From an uncultured Bacillales bacterium (GTDB lineage Bacteria; Bacillota_I; Bacilli_A; RF39; UBA660): a stretch of DNA of 64,000 bases. Every line of letters starts with the position of its first letter. Position 1 is the stretch's first letter. Below, piece by piece: positions 56,323 through 64,000 of this stretch. The stretch is from assembly GCA_947571655.1 (NCBI GenBank), contig CANOYR010000003.1:3408-67407 (forward strand), read 5' to 3'. The translations under genes and the position numbers were made by a program. The notes below the pieces were generated by a model that was not told the origin of the DNA, did not search any database, and saw nothing but the letters and a program-made list of their open reading frames with translations.

Positions 56323-57652
56323 GAGTTTTGTTACAGATGAAAACGAAATAGAAGAATTCTTACTTGCTTGTATATTCCTTTACCCAGAAGTTACCAAAGA
56401 AATTAACTTTGAAGATAAATTTTTCGTTAATAAAAAGTTATTGAACATGTTTAAAAAAGTCTATCAAGAATATGGCTATTTGGATATTCCATTAATTGTT
56501 CAACTTGCGAAAGATAAACAAAAAGCATTAGATAGAATAATGGCATTAATGGAATATGTTGTAATAAAAGACAGCACAAGTTCCTATTACCAAAGATTAA
56601 AAGAAAAATATATCAAAGATGAAACTAACAAATTGGTTGCAAAACTTAATACGTTAGAAATCGATTATCAAGAATTTACTGATTGTGTTAAAGAACTGAA
56701 TGAAATTGAAATTTCTAACAACAATGGTTTATTAACAACCAAGGATATAGTTATAGATGAAAAAATCGAAAGAGAATATACAAACATAAGTGAGTTAGAT
56801 TATTTATTGAAAGGTATAGAGTATGGAAAATTATCGTTATGGAGTGGTATTACTAATCATGGAAAAACAACATTAATGATTCAATTTGCTAAAGAATGTT
56901 TGAAACAACATAAAAAGATATTCTACTTTAGTGGAGAACAATCAGCTAGTGAATTTAAAAATTATTTATATGTTGGTATGTGTAGGAAAGAGCAATTGGA
57001 TTTTATAAAAGATTCACATAATGACAAGATTTATGATACAAAACCCAAACAAGAAGTAATTGACTATTTCGATGATATATATTCAAGCGATTTATATATC
57101 TATGACAATAATATGTTAGATAATACAGTGACAAATATGCTTAAAACAATGAAAAATGCACTTCATAAAGGAGTACGAATATTCTTTATAGATAATTTTA
57201 TGCAACTTGATAATAGCGAAAGATTAGAGGAACAAACAAGGATAGTAGAGTTGTTCAAAAGATTTGCAAGAGATAATAATGTGATTGTTAATCTTGTAGC
57301 ACACCCTAGAAAGACTCAATTTATGAAATCACGATTAACTATTTTCGATATAGCAGGAACACAAAATATAGCTAATAAAAGTTCTAATATATGTACAATC
57401 ATGAGAACGGACATTTTGTCTGATACGGAAAAAAGCGAAATTGGATATATGCTGTTTAAAAGTGGTTTTAATATAGAACGATGTGATGGAATAGTTGAAG
57501 TTATAAAAACAAAAGGAAACAATTGCAAGATGGTTGGTTTAATTTATGATCAAGAATTTAAAACATATAAGCAATCTCCTAAATTATCTCAAGACGAATT
57601 AAAAAGTTTGGAAATAAAGTATTCAAAAAAAGGTGGAAGAAGGCTTGACTGA
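56312..57652 (+). CDS. dnaB: Replicative DNA helicase (DnaB family)
   Basis: DnaB N-terminal domain plus a RecA-like core: Walker A SGITNHGKTT, Walker B IFFIDNF, and H4 motifs. Confidence 0.75.
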   Translation: MERKSFVTDENEIEEFLLACIFLYPEVTKEINFEDKFFVNKKLLNMFKKVYQEYGYLDIPLIVQLAKDKQKALDRIMALMEYVVIKDSTSSYYQRLKEKYIKDETNKLVAKLNTLEIDYQEFTDCVKELNEIEISNNNGLLTTKDIVIDEKIEREYTNISELDYLLKGIEYGKLSLWSGITNHGKTTLMIQFAKECLKQHKKIFYFSGEQSASEFKNYLYVGMCRKEQLDFIKDSHNDKIYDTKPKQEVIDYFDDIYSSDLYIYDNNMLDNTVTNMLKTMKNALHKGVRIFFIDNFMQLDNSERLEEQTRIVELFKRFARDNNVIVNLVAHPRKTQFMKSRLTIFDIAGTQNIANKSSNICTIMRTDILSDTEKSEIGYMLFKSGFNIERCDGIVEVIKTKGNNCKMVGLIYDQEFKTYKQSPKLSQDELKSLEIKYSKKGGRRLD

Positions 57653-57824
57653 TTATTCAGAAACAAAAGATCTGCCAAGTTATATCTCAGGTTATGAGCA
57701 ATATTGTGATGAGATAGAACGGAGTAATAAACGCAATCATAGTAATGAATTTACTGAATATGATGACGAAAGATATGAAGAATATCGCATACAGGAGGAG
57801 TTGAATGGAAAACGAAATTTATAA
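57633..57824 (+). CDS. Hypothetical small acidic protein
   Basis: ORF only; it overlaps the dnaB stop. Confidence 0.25.
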   Translation: MEEGLTDYSETKDLPSYISGYEQYCDEIERSNKRNHSNEFTEYDDERYEEYRIQEELNGKRNL

Positions 57825-58125
57825 ATATTTATTGGAAAATGCACTTGGTTTTGAAAATCGAATCAAAGGTCAAGAATTAATGAAAATATTTAATATTTCA
57901 GACCACAAAACATTACGTTCTTATATAGAAGAAGCACGGAATAATGCTAAATATGAATATTTGATAGGAAGTGAAGCTGGAAAAGACGGTGGGTATTATA
58001 TTCCAATCAGTTTAGAAGAAAAAGATGTATCAACAAGTCATATTAGATTACGTGCAGAAAGTCAATTAAGAACATACGAAAATATGGAAGGAAAAAGATT
58101 TTATGAAATTAAAGAATCTATTTAG
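57805..58125 (+). CDS. Hypothetical phage protein
   Basis: ORF in the operon context with no confident motif. Confidence 0.3.
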   Translation: MENEIYKYLLENALGFENRIKGQELMKIFNISDHKTLRSYIEEARNNAKYEYLIGSEAGKDGGYYIPISLEEKDVSTSHIRLRAESQLRTYENMEGKRFYEIKESI

Positions 58126-58327
58126 TAATCTCTATTGGAAAAAGAAATATAACACTTTAGAAAATAAATATGAAACTGAAATTCAAGCCAAATTGAAAGC
58201 TAAAGAAAAAACAATAGAATTACAAGAAAAATATATCACATTGCTTGAAAAAGTAGAGGATATAGATAAATTATTTAAAAAAATGAATTTAAAATTTAAT
58301 GAGTTAGAGATGAAAGGAACAAAGTAA
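58103..58327 (+). CDS. Hypothetical coiled-coil protein
   Basis: K/E-rich heptad-like sequence with overlapping starts and stops. Confidence 0.3.
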   Translation: MKLKNLFSNLYWKKKYNTLENKYETEIQAKLKAKEKTIELQEKYITLLEKVEDIDKLFKKMNLKFNELEMKGTK

Positions 58328-58328
58328 A

Positions 58329-58643
58329 ATGGAAAATAAATTTAAAGTTGGAGATACAGTTAAAATTAACAAACAAGCAACTATAGAAGATTTTACAAAA
58401 AATCATTGGAATGGTTGTCAGAATGATACACTTGAATTTATTAAAGAATATGGGAATACAGATCGAACTTTTATAGTAAATAAAATTACTCCTATGAATA
58501 ATTTATCGGTAGTGGAATTTGAATGTGTAAATCATAATATTTTTGAATTGATTAAAAAGAAAGAAAATGTCAAAGAGATGACAGTGTCAGAAATTGAAAA
58601 AGAGTTAGGAATTACTGGTTTAAGGATTAAGAAAGAGGATTAA
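58329..58643 (+). CDS. Hypothetical phage protein
   Basis: ORF in the operon context. Confidence 0.3.
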   Translation: MENKFKVGDTVKINKQATIEDFTKNHWNGCQNDTLEFIKEYGNTDRTFIVNKITPMNNLSVVEFECVNHNIFELIKKKENVKEMTVSEIEKELGITGLRIKKED

Positions 58644-59344
58644 TGGAAAAGAAAATTAGAACATTAAAACCAGAAGAAATAGAAGTTAGAGTAAATCAAG
58701 TAACTTCTAAAGGTTGTCAATTATTGCTTTATAAAGACAGTCGTTGTGATAAAAGAATCCTTGATGAAACATTTGGAATCAACGGTTGGAAAAATAGATA
58801 TGAAGAAATCAAAGGAAATTTATTCTGTATTATATCTGTTTGGGATGATGAAAAAAAACAATGGATTGATAAAGAAGATTGTGGAGTCGAAAGTTTCTCA
58901 GAAAAACAAAAAGGGGAAGCAAGTGACGCTTTTAAAAGAGCATGTTTCAATATTGGAATTGGAAGAGAGCTATATACAAGACTTCATTATTTCGCAACAG
59001 TTCCAACACAAAATGTTAGTACAGATCCTAAGAAACCAAAGTATGAACTTATCAACAAGTATGAGAAATTTTCTGTATCAGAAATTTTTGTAAATGAAGA
59101 AACAGAAAAAATTGAAAAAATAAAAATTGTTGATAGTAAGAAAAAAGTAGTATTTAATTATGGCTACTCTGGACTAACGGAAATGATTACTCCAGAACAA
59201 ATAAAACAACTTCATACAATCCTTAGTAAAAAAGAAGGATTAAAAGAAAATGTTTATAAGCAATTGGGAATTACATCTTCTAAGGAGTTAACTTATGAAA
59301 AAGCAAAAGCAGTTATTGAAGACTTAAAAAAGAAGGTTAAGTAA
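58643..59344 (+). CDS. Rad52/Sak-like single-strand annealing protein
   Basis: The segments ...IEVRVNQ...ILDETFGINGWKNRYEE... and EASDAFKRACFNIGIGRELY align with lactococcal phage Sak. Confidence 0.55.
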   Translation: MEKKIRTLKPEEIEVRVNQVTSKGCQLLLYKDSRCDKRILDETFGINGWKNRYEEIKGNLFCIISVWDDEKKQWIDKEDCGVESFSEKQKGEASDAFKRACFNIGIGRELYTRLHYFATVPTQNVSTDPKKPKYELINKYEKFSVSEIFVNEETEKIEKIKIVDSKKKVVFNYGYSGLTEMITPEQIKQLHTILSKKEGLKENVYKQLGITSSKELTYEKAKAVIEDLKKKVK

Positions 59345-59345
59345 T

Positions 59346-60053
59346 ATGTTACCACAAATTAAAACATATGAGATTGATTATCAATTCATTATTGATAATT
59401 ATACAGACCCTAAGTTATGGGATAAAGTATGGAATTTATTTATATTTAGAAATTACGTTTATACATTGACTTTAAGTAGCATTGATGTTAAAAAATATGA
59501 GATTAGTTTTGAAATAAGGTTAGAAAGTGACTTAGATATATACAATCATAATAAATCAACAATTATTAAACATAATCTAAAAAATTCAACTATTGAAATA
59601 CTAAAAAAACAAATAAATGGAACAATGTTTACATTGTCTGAATGGCTAGAAAAAGAAGTTATTCAAAAAAGCTCAGAATACCAGGAAATAGAAAATTCTA
59701 AGTATAATGAAAGACAATACTTAGAAGATATCGCAAACGATTTTTTAGATGATAATGGTGTAACAAATGGTGATATTAGAGAGGTATATGTTGACTATTA
59801 TGTAGATAATAATGAGACCGTATATGAAAGATTAAGTGATTTAGAAGACAAAATGCGTTATAACTATTTAACAAACCTATTTTTAATATTAGTTGAATGT
59901 TCAAATGATGAGTTAAGAAAAGAACTTGTTATTAAAAATCAAAAAAATGAAGAAAAAATTCAGCAGATTATAAATGAAGTAGATGAATATATGCAATATG
60001 TTGAAACGGAAGAATGGTCCGATGAAATGAGAAATAAATTAGAGGCTATTTAA
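59346..60053 (+). CDS. Hypothetical protein
   Basis: 235-aa acidic protein with no motif, lying between the SSAP and the exonuclease. Confidence 0.3.
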   Translation: MLPQIKTYEIDYQFIIDNYTDPKLWDKVWNLFIFRNYVYTLTLSSIDVKKYEISFEIRLESDLDIYNHNKSTIIKHNLKNSTIEILKKQINGTMFTLSEWLEKEVIQKSSEYQEIENSKYNERQYLEDIANDFLDDNGVTNGDIREVYVDYYVDNNETVYERLSDLEDKMRYNYLTNLFLILVECSNDELRKELVIKNQKNEEKIQQIINEVDEYMQYVETEEWSDEMRNKLEAI

Positions 60054-60958
60054 TGTTAACTAACAAATGTAATTTACCAGAACCGATATATAACTTTTTA
60101 AAAAGTGATTATCAACCAAAAGAAAAACAATATAGTGTGACTACTATATTGAATCCAACAAGACAAATAATTTTAAAAAGAAGATATAACAATGCGATAG
60201 ACCAAGATTGCTCAGATTTGATCTGGACAATGCTTGGAACAGCATTTCATCTTGTTTTAGAAAATTCAAAAGCAGGAGATAATCAATTACAAGAAGAATA
60301 TTTAAAACAAGAGTTAAGCTGCTTAGATGATAGATTAAAAGGTTATTATTTAAGTGGAAAAGCTGACTTATTAGATATCAAGCAAAAAAAGATTATTGAT
60401 TATAAAACAACGAGTTCATTCAAATTTATAAAAAAAGACTTTGAAGACTATCGTTTACAATTATTAATTTATGCTTGGTTATTTAAAAAGATTGGTTATG
60501 AAGTAAATAAGGGAGAAATAGTTGCAATACTTCGTGATTGGCAAAGAAGTAAGGCAAAATTTGATAAATCATATCCACAATTACAAGTGCAAACTATTAC
60601 TTTTGAATTTACTGACAAAGATTTTGAAGATATAGAAATATATATCAAGAATCGATTTTTAGAAATAAAGGCATACGAGGACAAGCCGGATAATGAACTT
60701 CCAGAATGTACTATGGAAGAACGTTGGGCAAGTCCAACAATATATGCAATAAAGAAAATAGGAAATAAAAAAGCAATGAAATTACATGAGAATGAAAAAG
60801 AAGCTATAGATCATCTTAAAAATCTAAATTCAAAATTTGGAGACATATACGAAATAGAAGTTAGAGAGTCTTGTGATGGAAGATGTGAAAACTACTGTTC
60901 ATGTAATAAATATTGCAAATATTATCAAGAAAAATATTTAGATAAAGGAGAAAAATAA
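60053..60958 (+). CDS. PD-(D/E)XK nuclease with C-terminal Fe-S cysteine cluster (Cas4/AddB-nuclease-like phage exonuclease)
   Basis: Motifs D...DLLD...IIDYKT and QLLIYAWL. C-terminal cysteines CDGRCENYCSCNKYC. Confidence 0.55.
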   Translation: MLTNKCNLPEPIYNFLKSDYQPKEKQYSVTTILNPTRQIILKRRYNNAIDQDCSDLIWTMLGTAFHLVLENSKAGDNQLQEEYLKQELSCLDDRLKGYYLSGKADLLDIKQKKIIDYKTTSSFKFIKKDFEDYRLQLLIYAWLFKKIGYEVNKGEIVAILRDWQRSKAKFDKSYPQLQVQTITFEFTDKDFEDIEIYIKNRFLEIKAYEDKPDNELPECTMEERWASPTIYAIKKIGNKKAMKLHENEKEAIDHLKNLNSKFGDIYEIEVRESCDGRCENYCSCNKYCKYYQEKYLDKGEK

Positions 60959-60959
60959 A

Positions 60960-61382
60960 ATGGGAATTGATTTTAGTGAAAATATATTTAGTATTGATAC
61001 AAATGGACTTTTTCGTCGATTAGGAGTAGCTAGAAATTTATCAGAAAAAAAAGTAAATGGAAGATTAGATGAAATTGAATCCTATATTATAAATGATAAA
61101 GCAGTCATTATCTTTTGGAAAAATGGTAAAAAAACAGTAGCAACTGTAGATAAAAGAGATACATTTGACAAAGAATTCGGATTCTGTCTAGCAGTATTCA
61201 AATATATAATTTATGACATTTCAAGAAATAGTTATAAAAGAAAACTTGATTGTATTAAAGAAGATAAAATGAAAGATTATCTATTAGAATATTTTGATGA
61301 AGTAACTTTTAAAGATATAGAAAAGTCTAGGAAATTTCTTAGAAGTTTGAAAACAACAGGAAAGAGGGAAAAAATATGTTAG
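60960..61382 (+). CDS. Hypothetical protein
   Basis: ORF only. Confidence 0.3.
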   Translation: MGIDFSENIFSIDTNGLFRRLGVARNLSEKKVNGRLDEIESYIINDKAVIIFWKNGKKTVATVDKRDTFDKEFGFCLAVFKYIIYDISRNSYKRKLDCIKEDKMKDYLLEYFDEVTFKDIEKSRKFLRSLKTTGKREKIC

Positions 61383-61801
61383 AAGATATTGATAGAACAG
61401 ATTGGATTGAAGAAAGTAAAAATGCTTTCAATATTATTGGAAAAAATATTGGATTAAAAGATTTGATTAGAAAAGATAATTCCGAAGAAGAATATAAAAC
61501 TAACAAATTATTTATTAATTCTAAAGAAGATGAAACAATTGAACATCTTACTTGCAAGATCTATATATTAATTGAAAAATGGTTTTTATCAAGAGGAATA
61601 TTACCAGAATATATAGTTTTATCTAAGGAAGATTATAAGAAATTGTTAGATAGAACAATCGTTGTTGATGACAATTGTATTTTAGGAATAAAGATTGATT
61701 TATTAAGGGAGAAAAGAAATTATGAATCAAACAGAAATTCAAATTTTAGTTTTAGGAATCGTAAATATTCTACTGGCAATAGACATTCTTTTGCTAGATA
61801 G
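61376..61801 (+). CDS. Hypothetical protein (3-prime end uncertain; tail is low-complexity and overlaps an alternative small ORF)
   Basis: ORF in the track. The final ~30 codons read RNYESNRNSNFSFRNRKYSTGNRHSFAR, which is not protein-like. Confidence 0.25.
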   Translation: MLEDIDRTDWIEESKNAFNIIGKNIGLKDLIRKDNSEEEYKTNKLFINSKEDETIEHLTCKIYILIEKWFLSRGILPEYIVLSKEDYKKLLDRTIVVDDNCILGIKIDLLREKRNYESNRNSNFSFRNRKYSTGNRHSFAR

Positions 61802-61823
61802 AAAAGTTAGGAAAGGAAAATAG
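61722..61823 (+). CDS. Candidate 33-aa single-TM peptide (not in ORF track)
   Basis: RBS agggag at 61707-61712. ATG 61722 to TAG 61821-61823 reads MNQTEIQILVLGIVNILLAIDILLLDRKVRKGK. It ends 2 nt before the lipoprotein gene start. Confidence 0.3.
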   Translation: MNQTEIQILVLGIVNILLAIDILLLDRKVRKGK

Positions 61824-61825
61824 AT

Positions 61826-62419
61826 ATGAAGAAAGGTTTAAAATTATTAAGCATTATGGTATTAGTTTTATTTATTACTACAGGTTGTAGTTTAGAAGAA
61901 TCAGAAACTAATTCTAAGTTAAATAAAAATATAAAAAACTCAACTAGCGCCTCTTCTAATATTATTGAACATCAACCAGCACCTACTGATTTAGATTACT
62001 CATTAGAAAGATATAACTTAATTAAAAGAGCTTATTGGGTTAATGGAATGAGAGATAAAGCAAGAACACTTCCAAGCCCTATAGCTGATATGCCACTTGG
62101 ATATATTGTATTAATGAGTGATAGTGGTGCAATTGTAGGAAAATTTGTAGTAGATGGGAAAGTTAGTAGTTTAGGAAGTTATTTATTTCCGTCATATATA
62201 GATCAAGATAGTGATGGAGATACACCGGGTAGTGGTGCAGGTTATAGTAGTGGTGTTTACTCTGTAGAAATACCTGGTATTGATGGTGCTTATGGTAGCA
62301 ATGTAGAAGGTATATTCTTTTTTACAACGGATGGGAAATATATTGAATGGACTGGAGATTATTTATATAGTGATATCCCATTTGAAGTCAATAATCCAAT
62401 TGTTAAGATAGGAGAATAA
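61826..62419 (+). CDS. Lipoprotein (hypothetical) with Gly/Ser/Asp-rich region
   Basis: MKKGLKLLSIMVLVLFITTGCS (lipobox LFITTGC) in a 197-aa protein. Confidence 0.45.
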   Translation: MKKGLKLLSIMVLVLFITTGCSLEESETNSKLNKNIKNSTSASSNIIEHQPAPTDLDYSLERYNLIKRAYWVNGMRDKARTLPSPIADMPLGYIVLMSDSGAIVGKFVVDGKVSSLGSYLFPSYIDQDSDGDTPGSGAGYSSGVYSVEIPGIDGAYGSNVEGIFFFTTDGKYIEWTGDYLYSDIPFEVNNPIVKIGE

Positions 62420-62512
62420 AATGAGAAATAATTTTACTAATAAAACATTTATAGTAGCATTTTTTACAATACTTTGTATTGCTGTAATAATGCTTAGTAG
62501 GGGGCTTAGGTA

Positions 62513-62902
62513 ATGGGATATGTATTAGGTTGTTTTGGCGGATTAATAGTAGCACTATTATTGATATTTGGAGTTTATACAACCTTCTTCCCTAATGGAA
62601 GAGCAATGATTAATTCTTATGATAATATGATGAAAAAAGTTGACGACAGAACACAATATGAAACAAGAAAAAAAGTAGAAGATACAGCTCGAGCAAGTAT
62701 TAGTTCCTACAAGACTGATAAAGAAACTTATGAGATGTATAAAGACAGTGATAACTTAGAAAAACAATCATGGGCAGAACAAGCTAAAATGAGAGCTAAC
62801 AAAACAGCAAATATTTATAATGAGTATATGCTTAAAAATAGTTATGTCTTTGATGGAAATATTCCATCAGATATAGATTATCAATTAGAAATTTTAAAAT
62901 AG
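62513..62902 (+). CDS. N-terminally membrane-anchored hypothetical protein
   Basis: Hydrophobic N-terminus GYVLGCFGGLIVALLLIFGVY, then a charged soluble domain. Confidence 0.35.
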   Translation: MGYVLGCFGGLIVALLLIFGVYTTFFPNGRAMINSYDNMMKKVDDRTQYETRKKVEDTARASISSYKTDKETYEMYKDSDNLEKQSWAEQAKMRANKTANIYNEYMLKNSYVFDGNIPSDIDYQLEILK

Positions 62903-62911
62903 GAGGAATAC

Positions 62912-63169
62912 ATGGAATTAGAATTAAAAGTATTAGAAGAAATCGATACATACGAAGATGAAGTTAGATATCAAGAAATAAATGATAAAGAAAACAATAT
63001 TGCTTTCAGTGTTAGCAATATGGACTTTTGCCCAGAAGACGCAATTATCGGCAGAAGTTTATTTACGGCTATTGATTATATTAATACATTAAATAAAGGT
63101 ATCGAATTAGCAAAAAAAGGATATGAAAAAGTAATATTTAAAAAGGAGAAAATAAATGATGAAAATTAA
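62912..63169 (+). CDS. Hypothetical acidic protein
   Basis: ORF only. Confidence 0.3.
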   Translation: MELELKVLEEIDTYEDEVRYQEINDKENNIAFSVSNMDFCPEDAIIGRSLFTAIDYINTLNKGIELAKKGYEKVIFKKEKINDEN

Positions 63170-63491
63170 TATAAGAAAAGGTGAATATGGTTATTATACC
63201 AAAGTAAAAAACATACAAAATGATGAAGAAATTATTGCTTATATGAATGTTCAATTTCCTAAAGATAAAGAACCAGCAGAAACGGCATTACAAATTAATA
63301 TAAAAGATATGTTTCTTAGTTGTTATAACAGTCAAGAGGGAACAAAAGTAAAATTAGTTGTTACAGATTATGAAGTATTAAGAATATATGATGATTCTCA
63401 AAATACACAAGAAAGTGAAGTGTCTCAAACTAACGAACATGAAAACTTTCAAATAGATTTAGATTTAAGTGATGAATTACCGTTTGAATAG
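63156..63491 (+). CDS. Hypothetical acidic protein
   Basis: ORF only. Confidence 0.3.
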   Translation: MMKINIRKGEYGYYTKVKNIQNDEEIIAYMNVQFPKDKEPAETALQINIKDMFLSCYNSQEGTKVKLVVTDYEVLRIYDDSQNTQESEVSQTNEHENFQIDLDLSDELPFE

Positions 63492-63502
63492 GTAGTGATA
63501 AC

Positions 63503-63847
63503 TTGATAATTGTAAAATGTATAAAGAATGTAGAAAAAGAATTAGAAGTTATCAATAGTGAGTTAAATAGAGAATCAAAAAAGGAAGAAGTCAATCAACA
63601 GTACATTTGTGAATTATCTAAAACCAAAGATGAATTAGAAAAATATTTAGAACAATATAAAAAGAATTTATCGGAATTGGATGATATAGAAGCAAGAATA
63701 TATTACAAAATAGTATATCAAGGGTTAAATCCAATGAAGGCAATTGATAAAGTAGCAGAGGAAAATTATTTAAGAGATATTAGCCCATGTAATCCTGATT
63801 ATATAAGAAAAAGTATATATGCAAAGAAAATAAGAAATTTGATTTAG
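63503..63847 (+). CDS. Hypothetical protein, possible ArpU/sigma-region-4-like late regulator
   Basis: The C-terminal LDDIEARIYYKIVYQGLNPMKAIDKVAEENYL resembles a region-4 HTH. This is a weak call. Confidence 0.25.
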   Translation: MIIVKCIKNVEKELEVINSELNRESKKEEVNQQYICELSKTKDELEKYLEQYKKNLSELDDIEARIYYKIVYQGLNPMKAIDKVAEENYLRDISPCNPDYIRKSIYAKKIRNLI

Positions 63848-63967
63848 TATCCTTAAAATGTCCACTTTTTTCTTGATATAACATAATTGCAAGGAAGTAA
63901 GGAAACTTATTTTCTTGTCATAAAATCACCTCCTTTCTTTGGAGAGAGTAATCTCTCCTATATTGCG

Positions 63968-64000
63968 GGGTAGAGCAGTCTGGTAGCTCAGTGGACTCAT
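63968..64000 (+). tRNA. 5-prime part of a tRNA (truncated by window end); anticodon region reads CTCAT, possibly Met/Ile2-type
   Basis: GCGGGGTA-GAGC-AGTCTGGTA-GCTC-A-GTGGACTCAT has the acceptor and D-arm geometry of a tRNA. Confidence 0.5.

Larger units (their letters stand above)
51977..64000. mobile_element. Integrated temperate-phage-like element (lysogeny + early/replication/recombination region), integrated at the 3-prime end of tRNA-Leu; right boundary not resolved in window
   Basis: A tyrosine integrase abuts tRNA-Leu. It is followed by a divergent XRE repressor / cro-like switch, a replisome organizer, a DnaB helicase, an SSAP and an exonuclease. No structural or packaging genes appear before the window ends. 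Confidence 0.6.

Noticed and set aside
63900-63940. Minus-strand AGGAGGTGATTTTATG start signal near 63925
   Set aside because: The downstream reading frame stops after 4 codons (MTRK*). It is not a gene.
1-64000. CRISPR arrays or other tandem repeat arrays
   Set aside because: No regularly spaced direct repeats of 24-40 bp were seen anywhere. The only notable repeats are the 18-bp pair flanking the IS.
51977-64000. Interpretation as a complete ~12-kb phage satellite (PICI-like) bounded by two tRNAs
   Set aside because: No attR copy of the tRNA-Leu 3-prime end occurs before the second tRNA, and there are no terS/ppi/cpm-like genes. It is kept as an open alternative in the findings rather than a call.

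Overview
This is a low-GC (about 30%) Firmicutes chromosome segment from an endospore-forming lineage, since spoIIGA-sigE is present. Positions 1 to about 49.6 kb are dense, mostly plus-strand core genes. They begin with dgkA (3-prime end)-cdd-era-yqzL-recO and a YfhO-family membrane protein. There are three T-box-regulated aminoacyl-tRNA synthetase units: glyQS; a dNMP-kinase-like gene plus alaS; and hisS-aspS. A candidate 6S RNA sits upstream of a tcdA/yrvM-like gene. A DNA-repair-rich block contains autoregulated lexA divergent from polA-mutM-pyk, a compact addB/addA, mtaB-like and recD2. The remaining core genes are an AI-2E permease, holA, deoD, an M16 peptidase pair, a GHL10-like lipoprotein, ylbM(tmcAL)-ylbN-rpmF, spoIIGA-sigE, rnhC, cvpA, trxA, gmk and two paralogous Zn-ribbon membrane proteins. 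Positions 49.65-51.23 kb hold an IS element (DDE transposase, ISNCY/IS1202-like) flanked by an 18-bp direct repeat. tRNA-Met(CAT) and tRNA-Leu(TAG) at 51.8-52.0 kb are followed directly by a tyrosine integrase and about 12 kb of temperate-phage lysogeny and early genes. These include an XRE repressor, a cro-like gene, a replisome organizer, a DnaB helicase, and a Rad52-like SSAP with an Fe-S PD-(D/E)XK exonuclease. Several uncharacterised lipoprotein and membrane ORFs are interspersed among them. The element runs to the window edge, where another tRNA begins. No CRISPR array or rRNA is present.
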